64,000 bases of DNA from Candidatus Saccharimonadales bacterium (GTDB taxonomy: Bacteria; Patescibacteriota; Saccharimonadia; Saccharimonadales; UBA10212). Below are positions 1 through 8,737 of this stretch, in pieces; positions within the stretch are counted from its first letter, which is position 1, and each line of letters starts with the position of its first letter. The stretch is taken from contig DASUJO010000032.1 of NCBI GenBank assembly GCA_036279215.1, forward strand, positions 313 through 64,312, written 5' to 3'. Both the position numbers and the translations under genes were made by a program. The notes beneath the pieces were generated by a model. The model was not told the origin of the DNA. It ran no database searches and saw only the letters and a list, made by a program, of their open reading frames with translations.

Positions 1-1
1 G

Positions 2-577
2 GCTTTTGCCGTTTTGGAATCCAAGATGCCTAATGCCTATCTAATAGTCGCCGGCGAAGGACCAAGGCGGGAAAAGTTGGAACAGCTGGCTGATTCGCTG
101 GATATTAAAAATATCCATTTCAGCGGCTATGTCGATGAAGCTGAAAAACGCCGCCTGATGGGTAACGCCGACGTATTTTGCAGCCCGGCAATGTTTGGCG
201 AGAGCTTTGGTATAGTACTTATAGAAGCCATGGCGATGGGTGCGCCGGTAATCGCCGGGCGCAACTCCGGCTATATAAACGTCCTTAAAAGCACGGGACA
301 GTTAGGTTTGGTCGATGCTAAAGCAACAGATGATTTTGCCGACCGGCTTTATCTGGTTCTTAATGATAAAAAAGTCTGGAATATGCTTCACCACTGGGGA
401 CTCGGCGAGGTCAAACAATATGATTACCCGAAAGTCGTTGATTTGTATGAAGCCGCCTATAACGAAGCGGTCAGAGTGGCCACCAAAGAACGAAATGGTA
501 AAAAATCGGTACCTAAAGATGAAGCGGCCAAAAGACCCTTTATCCATCGCATTCTTATACGACGACACGCTAGATAG
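2..577 (+). CDS. Glycosyltransferase family 4 (GT-B fold), C-terminal part; 5' end outside window
   Basis: Frame is open from the window edge. Translation carries a GT4 C-domain signature: FCSPAMFGESFGIVLIEAMAMGAPVIAG. Confidence 0.8.
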   Translation, partial: AFAVLESKMPNAYLIVAGEGPRREKLEQLADSLDIKNIHFSGYVDEAEKRRLMGNADVFCSPAMFGESFGIVLIEAMAMGAPVIAGRNSGYINVLKSTGQLGLVDAKATDDFADRLYLVLNDKKVWNMLHHWGLGEVKQYDYPKVVDLYEAAYNEAVRVATKERNGKKSVPKDEAAKRPFIHRILIRRHAR

Positions 578-1676
578 TTCGGACGGCGTTGCCCAGCAAG
601 TCAAGACTCTGGGATCCTGGTTTGCCGCTCAAGGCCACAATGTCATTTATTTAGTCGGCGAAACAAAATCAAAGAGCTACGGCGGAAAGCCAATTTACAG
701 CCTGGCTAAAAATATCGGCGTTGTTTTTAACGGCAATAAGATGAGCGTACCGCTGTTAGCCGACTCAAAAGCCGTCGCTAAAGCTTTAAGAGATAATAAT
801 CTTGACATTATCCATGTGCAGGCGCCTTATTCGCCTCTTTTGGCCCATAAGGTTATCAAAAAAGCTCCGCAGCACACGGCGGTAATAGCAACATTCCATA
901 TTTTTCCTGCTTCAAAATTTTCTGCCGCCGGTTCAATGCTGCTCAAGCCTTTTATCGCTGAAAGCTTAAAACGCCTGGACACAGTCATAAGCGTAAGCAT
1001 ACCAGCGGCCAATCATGCATTTGAGTCATTCGGGCTGCGCAGTATGGTCATACCTAACACTGTGGACACTAATTTTTATAAGAGTGCGATTTTAAGCCGG
1101 CGGACCACCGGCAAGCATATCGTATTCTTGGGCAGGCTTGTCAAACGCAAGGGCGGCATGCAACTCTTGCGAGCCTTTGAACGGCTTCATAAAACCAATA
1201 CTGATGCCATGCTAACCATTGCCGGTGACGGCCCTCAGCGCCATACGCTGGAAGAATATGTCAGGAATAACGGGTTGACTGGCTGCGTCAAATTTACTGG
1301 ATTCGTACAGGAGAAAGCCAAACCCGGGCTGCTTGCTAGCGCCGATGTCGCCTGCTTTCCCTCGTTATACGGCGAAAGCTTTGGAATCGTCCTTATTGAA
1401 GCAATGGCCGCTGGCGCCGGAGTGGTTATTGGCGGTAATAACCCTGGTTATGAATCGGTACTCGGAGCGCAGCCAAAAATGCTGATTAACCCTGAAGATA
1501 CGGCCGCGTTCGCCGAGAGGCTGGCGTGGGTAATTAAAGGCGGCCCGGAAATTAAAAGATTGCACGACTGGCAATTATCGGAAGTAAAAAAGTACGATGT
1601 TTCATCGGTGGGGACGAATCTGTTAGCCGTTTATCGCCAGGCAATTGCCAAGCGAGGTAAAACTCGGCATAATTGA
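519..1676 (+). CDS. Glycosyltransferase family 4 (GT-B fold), tandem paralog of the upstream gene
   Basis: Track ORF 315..1676. The conserved first strand LSIAFLYDD follows ATG 519 (ATG 495 is an alternative). C-domain motif FPSLYGESFGIVLIEAMAAGAGVVIG. Confidence 0.8.
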   Translation: MKRPKDPLSIAFLYDDTLDSSDGVAQQVKTLGSWFAAQGHNVIYLVGETKSKSYGGKPIYSLAKNIGVVFNGNKMSVPLLADSKAVAKALRDNNLDIIHVQAPYSPLLAHKVIKKAPQHTAVIATFHIFPASKFSAAGSMLLKPFIAESLKRLDTVISVSIPAANHAFESFGLRSMVIPNTVDTNFYKSAILSRRTTGKHIVFLGRLVKRKGGMQLLRAFERLHKTNTDAMLTIAGDGPQRHTLEEYVRNNGLTGCVKFTGFVQEKAKPGLLASADVACFPSLYGESFGIVLIEAMAAGAGVVIGGNNPGYESVLGAQPKMLINPEDTAAFAERLAWVIKGGPEIKRLHDWQLSEVKKYDVSSVGTNLLAVYRQAIAKRGKTRHN

Positions 1677-1680
1677 GCGC

Positions 1681-2760
1681 ATGCAGCCGCCTAGGCGTGT
1701 GACGGTAAATGTCACCAACCGGACTATCATCAGGGCAATCCTGCTGGTCGTTGCCGCGATTTTATTATTCAAATTCATCGGCCAGGAAACACATGTACTG
1801 ACAATTATCATCGCTTCGGCGTTTTTGGCGATGGCGCTCAATCCTGTTGTTGGCGCTATCAAGCGCTGGCTTAAACTGGAAAGCCGAACACGCGCAACAG
1901 TTCTGACTTCTTTAGCGGTTATATTATTTCTTACGGGGTTCTTTGCATTGATAACGCCGCCGCTTGTTCGCCAGACTCGGGATTTTATTAAAGACGCTCC
2001 GAATACTGTTGCTTATTTCCAGCGCAGCGATTCCGGTTTGGCAGTATTCGTCCGTCAGAACAATCTGGATGACAGGCTTGTACAAGGCGCGAAAGATTTT
2101 GCGGCTCAATATAGTAATTTCGGCAGTACCATCGTTGATACGGGCAAAAGGATTGTCGGCGCGGTAGTTTCTGTACTGGCAGTAATAGTCTTGACATTCA
2201 TGATGCTTATAGAGGGCCCTCGCTGGATCAACGGATTTTGGGAGATTGTACCTATTAAGGATAAGAAAAAACACCGGAACGTAATGCATAAGATGTATCT
2301 GGGTGTAACCGGTTTCGCCCTGGGCCAGGTAACTATAGCTCTTGTGGGGGCTTTCTTCGCGTTCGTGGCGCTGACTATCGCCAGCGACGCGGTAAATGTG
2401 TCAATTAATACCGTTGCTTTAGCTGGCATAGTAGCCGTCTTCGCGTTGATTCCGATGTTTGGTACGCTGCTTGCATCGTCAATCGTAATATTGGTTTGCC
2501 TTTTAAATTCGGTTTCTTTGGCGATTATCATGCTGATTTATTTTGTAGTATACCAACAGATAGAAAACCACACTTTCCAGCCGTTCGTACAATCGCGGCT
2601 GAGCCGGCTAACGCCTATGACGGTATTTATCGCGGCGCTGCTTGGAGTAGGTTTTGGCGGGATACTTGGTGCCATAGTTGCAGTGCCGATTGCCAGCGCC
2701 GTTAAAATACTGCTTGAAGAATACGTACGCAGGGAGCCCGCCGAAGCCAGTCAGGCTTAG
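1681..2760 (+). CDS. AI-2E family transporter (PerM/UPF0118-like permease)
   Basis: Polytopic membrane protein with the family-typical layout and a C-terminal QQIENHTFQPFVQSR-like motif. ATG 1681 (MQPPRRV) lies just after the upstream stop. Confidence 0.7.
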   Translation: MQPPRRVTVNVTNRTIIRAILLVVAAILLFKFIGQETHVLTIIIASAFLAMALNPVVGAIKRWLKLESRTRATVLTSLAVILFLTGFFALITPPLVRQTRDFIKDAPNTVAYFQRSDSGLAVFVRQNNLDDRLVQGAKDFAAQYSNFGSTIVDTGKRIVGAVVSVLAVIVLTFMMLIEGPRWINGFWEIVPIKDKKKHRNVMHKMYLGVTGFALGQVTIALVGAFFAFVALTIASDAVNVSINTVALAGIVAVFALIPMFGTLLASSIVILVCLLNSVSLAIIMLIYFVVYQQIENHTFQPFVQSRLSRLTPMTVFIAALLGVGFGGILGAIVAVPIASAVKILLEEYVRREPAEASQA

Positions 2761-4178
2761 CCTCGGCTCCAAACCGGCCCGCGGGACGTATCATTTATAT
2801 CCAAGCCTTGTTTATTTAAAGCTTCCCGTAATGCGTCGGATTCTTTCCAATCCTTAATAGCCCTTGCCTGCTCGCGCTGATGGATCAGCCGCTTTTGCTG
2901 AGTGTTGATGTCTTCTGATGCTAACAACTCTAGTCCGAGAGCATTGTCAATAAATTTTAAGAACCCGACCAAAGGTTCCCGTTCTGAGCCTTTATCCTGA
3001 GCTTGTTCTGCGAGCGCATCAAGCAAGCTTAATGCTTTTGGTGTTGATATGTCGTCTGCCAATGCTTGGTTTATTTCGTCTTGAATTTTGATATACGCTT
3101 CGTTTTTAAGTGCAGATTCACCGCCCGGCTGGAAACGTAAATCGGCAAAAGCGCGGTAGCCTTTTAACCGGACGGATGCTGCCGTTAGTGCTTCCCAGCT
3201 GAAGTTCATCTGGCTTCTGTAATGGGCCTGCAAATATAGCAGTCGTAAATCTGCTGGGGCGTATCCGCGCTTTAAAACCTCTTCCAGTGTTATGTAATTG
3301 CCTAAACTTTTAGACATTTTCTTCCCGTCTACGAGCATATGCTCATTGTGAACCCAAAAATTTGCTAGTTTATTCCCGAAAGCAGCTTCTGTCTGCGCCA
3401 TCTCGTTTGCGTGATGCGTACCAATATGGTCAACGCCGCCGGTATGGATATCTATTGGGTCGCCAAGTGTAGCATGAATTATAGCCGAGCATTCAAGGTG
3501 CCAGCCGGGGAAACCTGTACCCCAAGGACTGTGCCATTTCATTTCATGGCCGGCAAAGCGCCCGACGGTAAAGAACCAAAGCGCGAAGTCCTGCGGGTGC
3601 CGTTTATTGGCATCAGTGACTACGTCTTCACGGGCTCCTACTTCTTTATCTTCCAGTTTCTGGCCCGAAAGCTTGCCGTATGAATCAAGTTTTGAAACTT
3701 CGAAATAAATTGCTTCGTCAGTCTTGTAAGCAAATCCCTTATCAAGCAGGATTTTGACTATTCCGATCTGTTCGTCAATGAAGTCGGTGGCCCGCGCATA
3801 GGCGGATCTGTTCTCTTTATATCCATTGGGCGGTAGGATATTAAGCTTTTCGCTGTCTTTTATAAATATCTCAATAAAATGTTCTGCGACATCCCAAACT
3901 GATGACCCCCTGGATTCTGCGCCGGCCTCCAGTTTATCGCGGCCTTCGTCGGCATCACTTGTAAGGTGGCCTACATCTGTTATGTTCATTACGTGTTTGA
4001 CCTTATAACCTTCAGACTCAAGTACTCTGCGGAGAGTATCGTCAAAAACGAACGATCGCCAGTTTCCGATATGCGCGTAATCATAAACAGTTGGTCCGCA
4101 GGTATATAAACTGACTTCACCTTCTTTTAATGGCTGGAACTGCTGTATCTGCCGCCCAAGCGTGTTATACAGCTTCAT
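2757..4178 (-). CDS. cysS: Cysteine--tRNA ligase
   Basis: MKLYNTLGRQ...LYTCGPTVYDYAHIGN (HIGH region) and KMSKSLGN. Start taken at ATG 4178, the 7th codon of the track ORF. Confidence 0.95.
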   Translation of the reverse strand: MKLYNTLGRQIQQFQPLKEGEVSLYTCGPTVYDYAHIGNWRSFVFDDTLRRVLESEGYKVKHVMNITDVGHLTSDADEGRDKLEAGAESRGSSVWDVAEHFIEIFIKDSEKLNILPPNGYKENRSAYARATDFIDEQIGIVKILLDKGFAYKTDEAIYFEVSKLDSYGKLSGQKLEDKEVGAREDVVTDANKRHPQDFALWFFTVGRFAGHEMKWHSPWGTGFPGWHLECSAIIHATLGDPIDIHTGGVDHIGTHHANEMAQTEAAFGNKLANFWVHNEHMLVDGKKMSKSLGNYITLEEVLKRGYAPADLRLLYLQAHYRSQMNFSWEALTAASVRLKGYRAFADLRFQPGGESALKNEAYIKIQDEINQALADDISTPKALSLLDALAEQAQDKGSEREPLVGFLKFIDNALGLELLASEDINTQQKRLIHQREQARAIKDWKESDALREALNKQGLDINDTSRGPVWSRG

Positions 4179-5187
4179 TCGCCCTCGCTTCCTCAATGCC
4201 CATCAGAAGCTTGGCCGTTATGTTTATGGTTTCCGATTTTATCTCTTCATATGGCCGGCCGTCGGTTATTTTAAAGCCGCTGGCAAGCGGATGGCCGCCG
4301 CCGCCGAAATGTTCCGCAAGCTTATCGGCTATTCCCCAGCCATAATTACACCTGATTTTTGCGGTGATTTTACCGTCCTTATACAGCTTGAAGGCTACGG
4401 CGGCTTCTGTGCCTTTGGCAAGGCGCATATCATCAATAACCAGCATCGAAGGGTTATAAAGCGGACTGTAACGCTCAATTTCTTCCCAGGGAATTGTGAC
4501 CAATGCCAGTTTGCCGCCAGCGGCAAACTCAACCCGCTGCAGCAGCTTTCCCTTATATGAAATTAGCTCCGGCTCGCGCTTAAGAGTTTCCCGGCGGGCG
4601 CTTTCAAGCTGCGGCAGCTTTACGCCCGATTCCACCAGCTCGGCGATAATGCGTATCGAGCGGGCGGTTGTCGCTTCGCTCATTAGACCAAGACTGTCGC
4701 TTAGTATAGCCATCGCTATCAAATCCATAGCAGAACCGTCTATATTCCAACCAAGGTGTTTTGCCAGCTCATAGACGATTTCACCGGTCGCGACTGCTTC
4801 GGCGCTGCATATAACATCGGCAAAACCAATAGTTGCGCCGGTTTTATGATGGTCCAATACTATAGTAGGTTTAGCGGCCACCCATCCTTTCGCGCCTGAA
4901 CGCTGAAGCTTTTCCAGTAACTTGTCAGACGCCGTATCGACGATTATTGATGCGTCGAACTGTTTTGGCAATTCACGGCTTACCCGGCCCCATCCGGGTA
5001 AATAATGCAAATATCCGGGCAGGTCTACGCCGCAATAAAGATGGGTGGTTTTACCTAAATCACCAAGTATAGATTCCAGCGCCAAAGCGCTTGCCAGGCT
5101 GTCGGTATCCGGGTTATCGGCCTGGATTATTACAATACTTCCTGCGCCATCAATAATCCCGCGGATTTTTTCCGCCTCTTTATACAT
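4165..5187 (-). CDS. DHH/DHHA1 family phosphoesterase (NrnA-like)
   Basis: Motifs ADNPDTDSLAS, VLDHHKT and GGGGHPLASGF are typical of DHH-DHHA1 nanoRNases/pAp phosphatases. Confidence 0.85.
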   Translation of the reverse strand: MYKEAEKIRGIIDGAGSIVIIQADNPDTDSLASALALESILGDLGKTTHLYCGVDLPGYLHYLPGWGRVSRELPKQFDASIIVDTASDKLLEKLQRSGAKGWVAAKPTIVLDHHKTGATIGFADVICSAEAVATGEIVYELAKHLGWNIDGSAMDLIAMAILSDSLGLMSEATTARSIRIIAELVESGVKLPQLESARRETLKREPELISYKGKLLQRVEFAAGGKLALVTIPWEEIERYSPLYNPSMLVIDDMRLAKGTEAAVAFKLYKDGKITAKIRCNYGWGIADKLAEHFGGGGHPLASGFKITDGRPYEEIKSETINITAKLLMGIEEARANEAV

Positions 5188-5222
5188 GTTTAAAGTTTAT
5201 CAAATTAACCGATTTAACGGGC

Positions 5223-5834
5223 TCAGGTAATTTTTTGCCGGCCTTCAAAGGCACGCATAATCGTTATCTGGTCGGCGTATTCCAAATCAATGCCTACCGG
5301 CAGCCCACGGGCCAAACGTGTTATTTTGACAGGCCGCTCACCGACTTCCTGGCTGATTAGTAGTGCGGTGCTTTCGCCTTCCACGCTGGCATTTGTTGCC
5401 AGAATCAGCTCTTTTACTTTATCGCTGTCTATCCGCCTGATAAGTTCGGCAATATGCAGCTGCTGCGGCCCGATGCCTTCGATAGGCGAAATCAAACCGC
5501 CTAGTACATGATATGTGCCCTTGTATGTGCCGGTTTTTTCAATAGCTACTATATCGAACGGATCGGCCACTACAGCTACCTGCTTTTTATCGCGCCTGGG
5601 GTCTGTATAAAGCTGGCTCAGTTTTTCGCCTTTTTCTATCAACGCGAATGTCTTAGGGCAATGCCCGACTTTATTATGCAATTGAGAAATTGCGTTTGAC
5701 AGCTTTTCTGATTTACCGGCGTCGCTGCGAAGCAAAAAATAAGCGTAGCGTTCGGCCGTCCGCGGACCGACGCCTGGCAGCAAGCTAAGGGCCTCAATCG
5801 CCGCCTGCAATGATTGTGGAATGGCCGGATTCAA
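5223..5834 (-). CDS. recR: Recombination protein RecR (zinc-finger cysteines mostly lost)
   Basis: LPGVGPRTAERYAYFLL (HhH), a Toprim region ATNASVEGESTA and C-terminal GLPVGIDLEY. Confidence 0.9.
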   Translation of the reverse strand: MNPAIPQSLQAAIEALSLLPGVGPRTAERYAYFLLRSDAGKSEKLSNAISQLHNKVGHCPKTFALIEKGEKLSQLYTDPRRDKKQVAVVADPFDIVAIEKTGTYKGTYHVLGGLISPIEGIGPQQLHIAELIRRIDSDKVKELILATNASVEGESTALLISQEVGERPVKITRLARGLPVGIDLEYADQITIMRAFEGRQKIT

Positions 5835-5842
5835 ATAATTCC

Positions 5843-6136
5843 TTAAAGCCCGAGCTGTCCGAGAGCGCCCATCATCGGCTGCATTTTCTCGGCTGCCAGC
5901 TTTTGGCTGCGTATGATCGCTTCTTTTACGGCTTCTTCAACCCAGCCCTCCAACTGGCCGATGTCATCCAGATCTACCGCCTCCGGGTCTATATGGATTT
6001 TTTTAATCTTCTGTTCGCCGGTGATTTCAACTTTAACGGCTCCGTCGCCGGTTTCGACTGTAATAATTTCTTTTTGCAGTTCCTTTTGCAGTTTTCGAGC
6101 TTTCATAAGCAGTTTTGCCTGGTCGAATTTACTCAC
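5843..6136 (-). CDS. ybaB: YbaB/EbfC family nucleoid-associated protein
   Basis: 97 aa; MSKFDQAKLLMKARKLQKELQ...VEITGEQKIKKIHIDPE is the typical YbaB pattern. Adjacent to recR, as in most bacteria. Confidence 0.9.
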   Translation of the reverse strand: MSKFDQAKLLMKARKLQKELQKEIITVETGDGAVKVEITGEQKIKKIHIDPEAVDLDDIGQLEGWVEEAVKEAIIRSQKLAAEKMQPMMGALGQLGL

Positions 6137-6160
6137 TTCGCACCTCCTTTGGATATCGCT

Positions 6161-7351
6161 TTATTTTAACACGTATGTGGCCTTGGTTTCAGGGGTGCGC
6201 GGCCAGGCTACCAGAGTGTAGCGGATACTATAAAATAAATGCGCGCCGACCACCAGGATAATCAGCGACATTGCCAGCGCATAAGCGAAAGGGTTGAGCG
6301 GAAAGACCCGCCGCCATTCGATATACAGCAGCCTTAATCCGGCAGCTACCAGTACGCCGGCTGCCGGCAAGCCGAACAGCAATAAATGCGGATTATTGTT
6401 TATTCCTGATAATAACACCGCCAGCAGCAGCCATGCGCCCAAAGCGAGGGTGATATTCCTCATCCTGGAGCCAAGCGCGTAAATTCCGAAAATCAGTAAT
6501 GCCGATTGCAATATATTGAACATCGGCAGTTGTCCTATCCCAATATCTATATGGCTGCGTATACTCCAGAATAAGCCGATGAATGCCCAACCTAAGGATT
6601 TTAATGTTTCACTTAAGCCCGGCCAGTCGGGCGGTATCAGCATAAGGTGCTTGATCCGCGCCGGTTCTACCGCTAAGGATGCAGCAAGCGGAATTAACGC
6701 CAATATAGCAACAGCTATACCGATGATTAAAAAAACGCTGTTTATCCTTTGGGTTACCGCCGAGAAACGCCTGGCCGAAAACAGAGCCGCGCCGGCAATG
6801 AACCAAACCAGCCCAGGCGTATAAAGGCTTATGGCCAGAGCAATGCATAGCAGCAGCCACCAGATTTCAGTCCGCCTTTTTGCCCTACCCATCAGAACAA
6901 AGCAGGCAACCGGCACTATCAGCCATAGCATCATTACATACGGCGCCGCGCTACGCGCCGCCAATATGCCCCAAGGAGTGGCGCCTACAATAAGCAACGC
7001 CAACAAGCCGACTGTCATGCCGAAAAGGCTGCGCAGCATCAGAAATAAAAAGAGAATAATAATTACCGCAGCTGTAACAGATGCTAATCGCAGCGCTGCA
7101 TTGCTGCTGCCTAGCCCGCTCGTATAGCCATATTGTAAAAGGTTTAAAGGCGCGTCCAGGCCGTTTCTGACAATCTGTTCAACTCCGTTATTGTTTTGCC
7201 GGGATTTGTATTCCGCAGGGCTTAGCCCGTCTGTTAGCGTTCCGAGACGCCAAAACAATAAGAAGCTGAATAGGGTGACAAGCAAAGCGGCAATCAATAG
7301 CCGCCCGGCTGTTTTTCCATCGGGCTTGGCGCGCCGAATTAGCCCTTTCAT
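6161..7351 (-). CDS. Polytopic integral membrane protein (about 10-11 TM helices), GT-C-like topology, function unknown
   Basis: 396-aa ORF made almost entirely of hydrophobic helices. No motif I can assign with confidence. Confidence 0.6.
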   Translation of the reverse strand: MKGLIRRAKPDGKTAGRLLIAALLVTLFSFLLFWRLGTLTDGLSPAEYKSRQNNNGVEQIVRNGLDAPLNLLQYGYTSGLGSSNAALRLASVTAAVIIILFLFLMLRSLFGMTVGLLALLIVGATPWGILAARSAAPYVMMLWLIVPVACFVLMGRAKRRTEIWWLLLCIALAISLYTPGLVWFIAGAALFSARRFSAVTQRINSVFLIIGIAVAILALIPLAASLAVEPARIKHLMLIPPDWPGLSETLKSLGWAFIGLFWSIRSHIDIGIGQLPMFNILQSALLIFGIYALGSRMRNITLALGAWLLLAVLLSGINNNPHLLLFGLPAAGVLVAAGLRLLYIEWRRVFPLNPFAYALAMSLIILVVGAHLFYSIRYTLVAWPRTPETKATYVLK

Positions 7352-7372
7352 GCTTTCAATTATATATGTTTT

Positions 7373-8734
7373 TTATTCGGGCTGTCCGTGTTTGGTATCC
7401 AAATTGCGGAAACGTTGTTTTTCCCGGTCGAAAAATAGCTCAAAATTGCCGGTCGGACCATTACGGTGTTTCTTGATGTAAATGTCGGTTACATTCTGCC
7501 GGTCGGTATCGGGGTTATAGTACTCCTCGCGGTATAGGAACAAGACTATATCTGCATCCTGCTCAATCGAACCGGATTCCCTCAAGTCGGCCAGCTGCGG
7601 TATCTGCGGGCTGCGGCTTTCAACCGAGCGACTTAACTGGCTGGCGGCAACCACCGGCACATTAAGCTCGCGCGCCAAAATTTTTAAGCTGCGGCTGATT
7701 TCCGATATTTCCTGCACGCGGTTTGCGGTGGCGGAAAAACGGGCGCCGCCGCTCATAAGCTGCAAATAGTCCACCATTATGACGGCCAGAGGATGCTGAT
7801 GGTGCAGCCGCCTGGCTTTTGTGCGCAGGTCGGAAACCGTAATGCCAGATGTATCGTCAATAAAAATCGGCGCTTCGGCTAAAGCGCCCATAGCAGTGCT
7901 AATCCGCTCAAAATCTTCATCATCCAGCCCGTCGCCGGTCCGCAGTTTCCAGGCATCAACATTGGCTTCGGCCGCCAACAGGCGGTCCACCAGCTGTTCT
8001 TTGCTCATCTCTAAGCTAAAATACAGTACGGCCCCCTGATTGGCTTTGGTGGCGATATCAAGCGACATATTAAGCATCATGGCAGTTTTACCCATGGAAG
8101 GCCGTGCAGCGATAACAACCAGGTCAGAACGCTGCAGCCCGGCGGTTTTTCTGTCCAGGTCTGCCATTCCGGTCGGAATGCCGCGGATACCGCCTTTTTT
8201 GCGGTGCAAGTCGTCCAGCCTGTCAAAGCTTTCGGCCAAGATTGATTCCAATGACGTGATATCTTGCCTGACATGCTTCTGGCTTACCTCAAACAGCCGC
8301 GTTTCGGCTTCCTCGATCAGCTCGGATAGTGTTTTATCTTCATTGCGCCCGATGGTTGCAATATCGGCGCTAGCGCTAATCAGCCGGCGCCTTATAGATT
8401 TATCGGCTACTATTTCGGCATATTGTTCGATATGGGCGGCGGTCGGTACATAATTGGTCAGCTCGGTCAGATAACTGGCGCCGCCGACGCTATCCAGGTT
8501 TCCTGAACTCTTTAACTGCTCGCTTAATGTAAGGATATCTATAGGCGAATGCTTGTCGTGCAGCGCCTTCATGGCTGCGAATATCATCCGGTGCTGTTCG
8601 TCAAAAAAATCATCCGGCCTGATGACGTCGGCAATCTTTATAAATCCCTCGGGGTCGATTATCAGGCTGCCCAGCAGACTGGTCTCGGCATCGTGGCTCT
8701 GCGGCGATGTGCCTACTCCGCTTTTATTGTCCAT
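7373..8734 (-). CDS. dnaB: Replicative DNA helicase DnaB
   Basis: N-terminal DnaB domain (SLLGSLIIDPE), Walker A ARPSMGKT, and the IMVDYLQLM and SQLSR motifs. Confidence 0.95.
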   Translation of the reverse strand: MDNKSGVGTSPQSHDAETSLLGSLIIDPEGFIKIADVIRPDDFFDEQHRMIFAAMKALHDKHSPIDILTLSEQLKSSGNLDSVGGASYLTELTNYVPTAAHIEQYAEIVADKSIRRRLISASADIATIGRNEDKTLSELIEEAETRLFEVSQKHVRQDITSLESILAESFDRLDDLHRKKGGIRGIPTGMADLDRKTAGLQRSDLVVIAARPSMGKTAMMLNMSLDIATKANQGAVLYFSLEMSKEQLVDRLLAAEANVDAWKLRTGDGLDDEDFERISTAMGALAEAPIFIDDTSGITVSDLRTKARRLHHQHPLAVIMVDYLQLMSGGARFSATANRVQEISEISRSLKILARELNVPVVAASQLSRSVESRSPQIPQLADLRESGSIEQDADIVLFLYREEYYNPDTDRQNVTDIYIKKHRNGPTGNFELFFDREKQRFRNLDTKHGQPE

Positions 8735-8737
8735 CGG

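Noticed and set aside
315-518. N-terminal 68 codons of track ORF 315..1676
   Set aside because: It overlaps the conserved C-terminal domain of the upstream GT4 in another frame, and the GT4 homology begins only after ATG 519.
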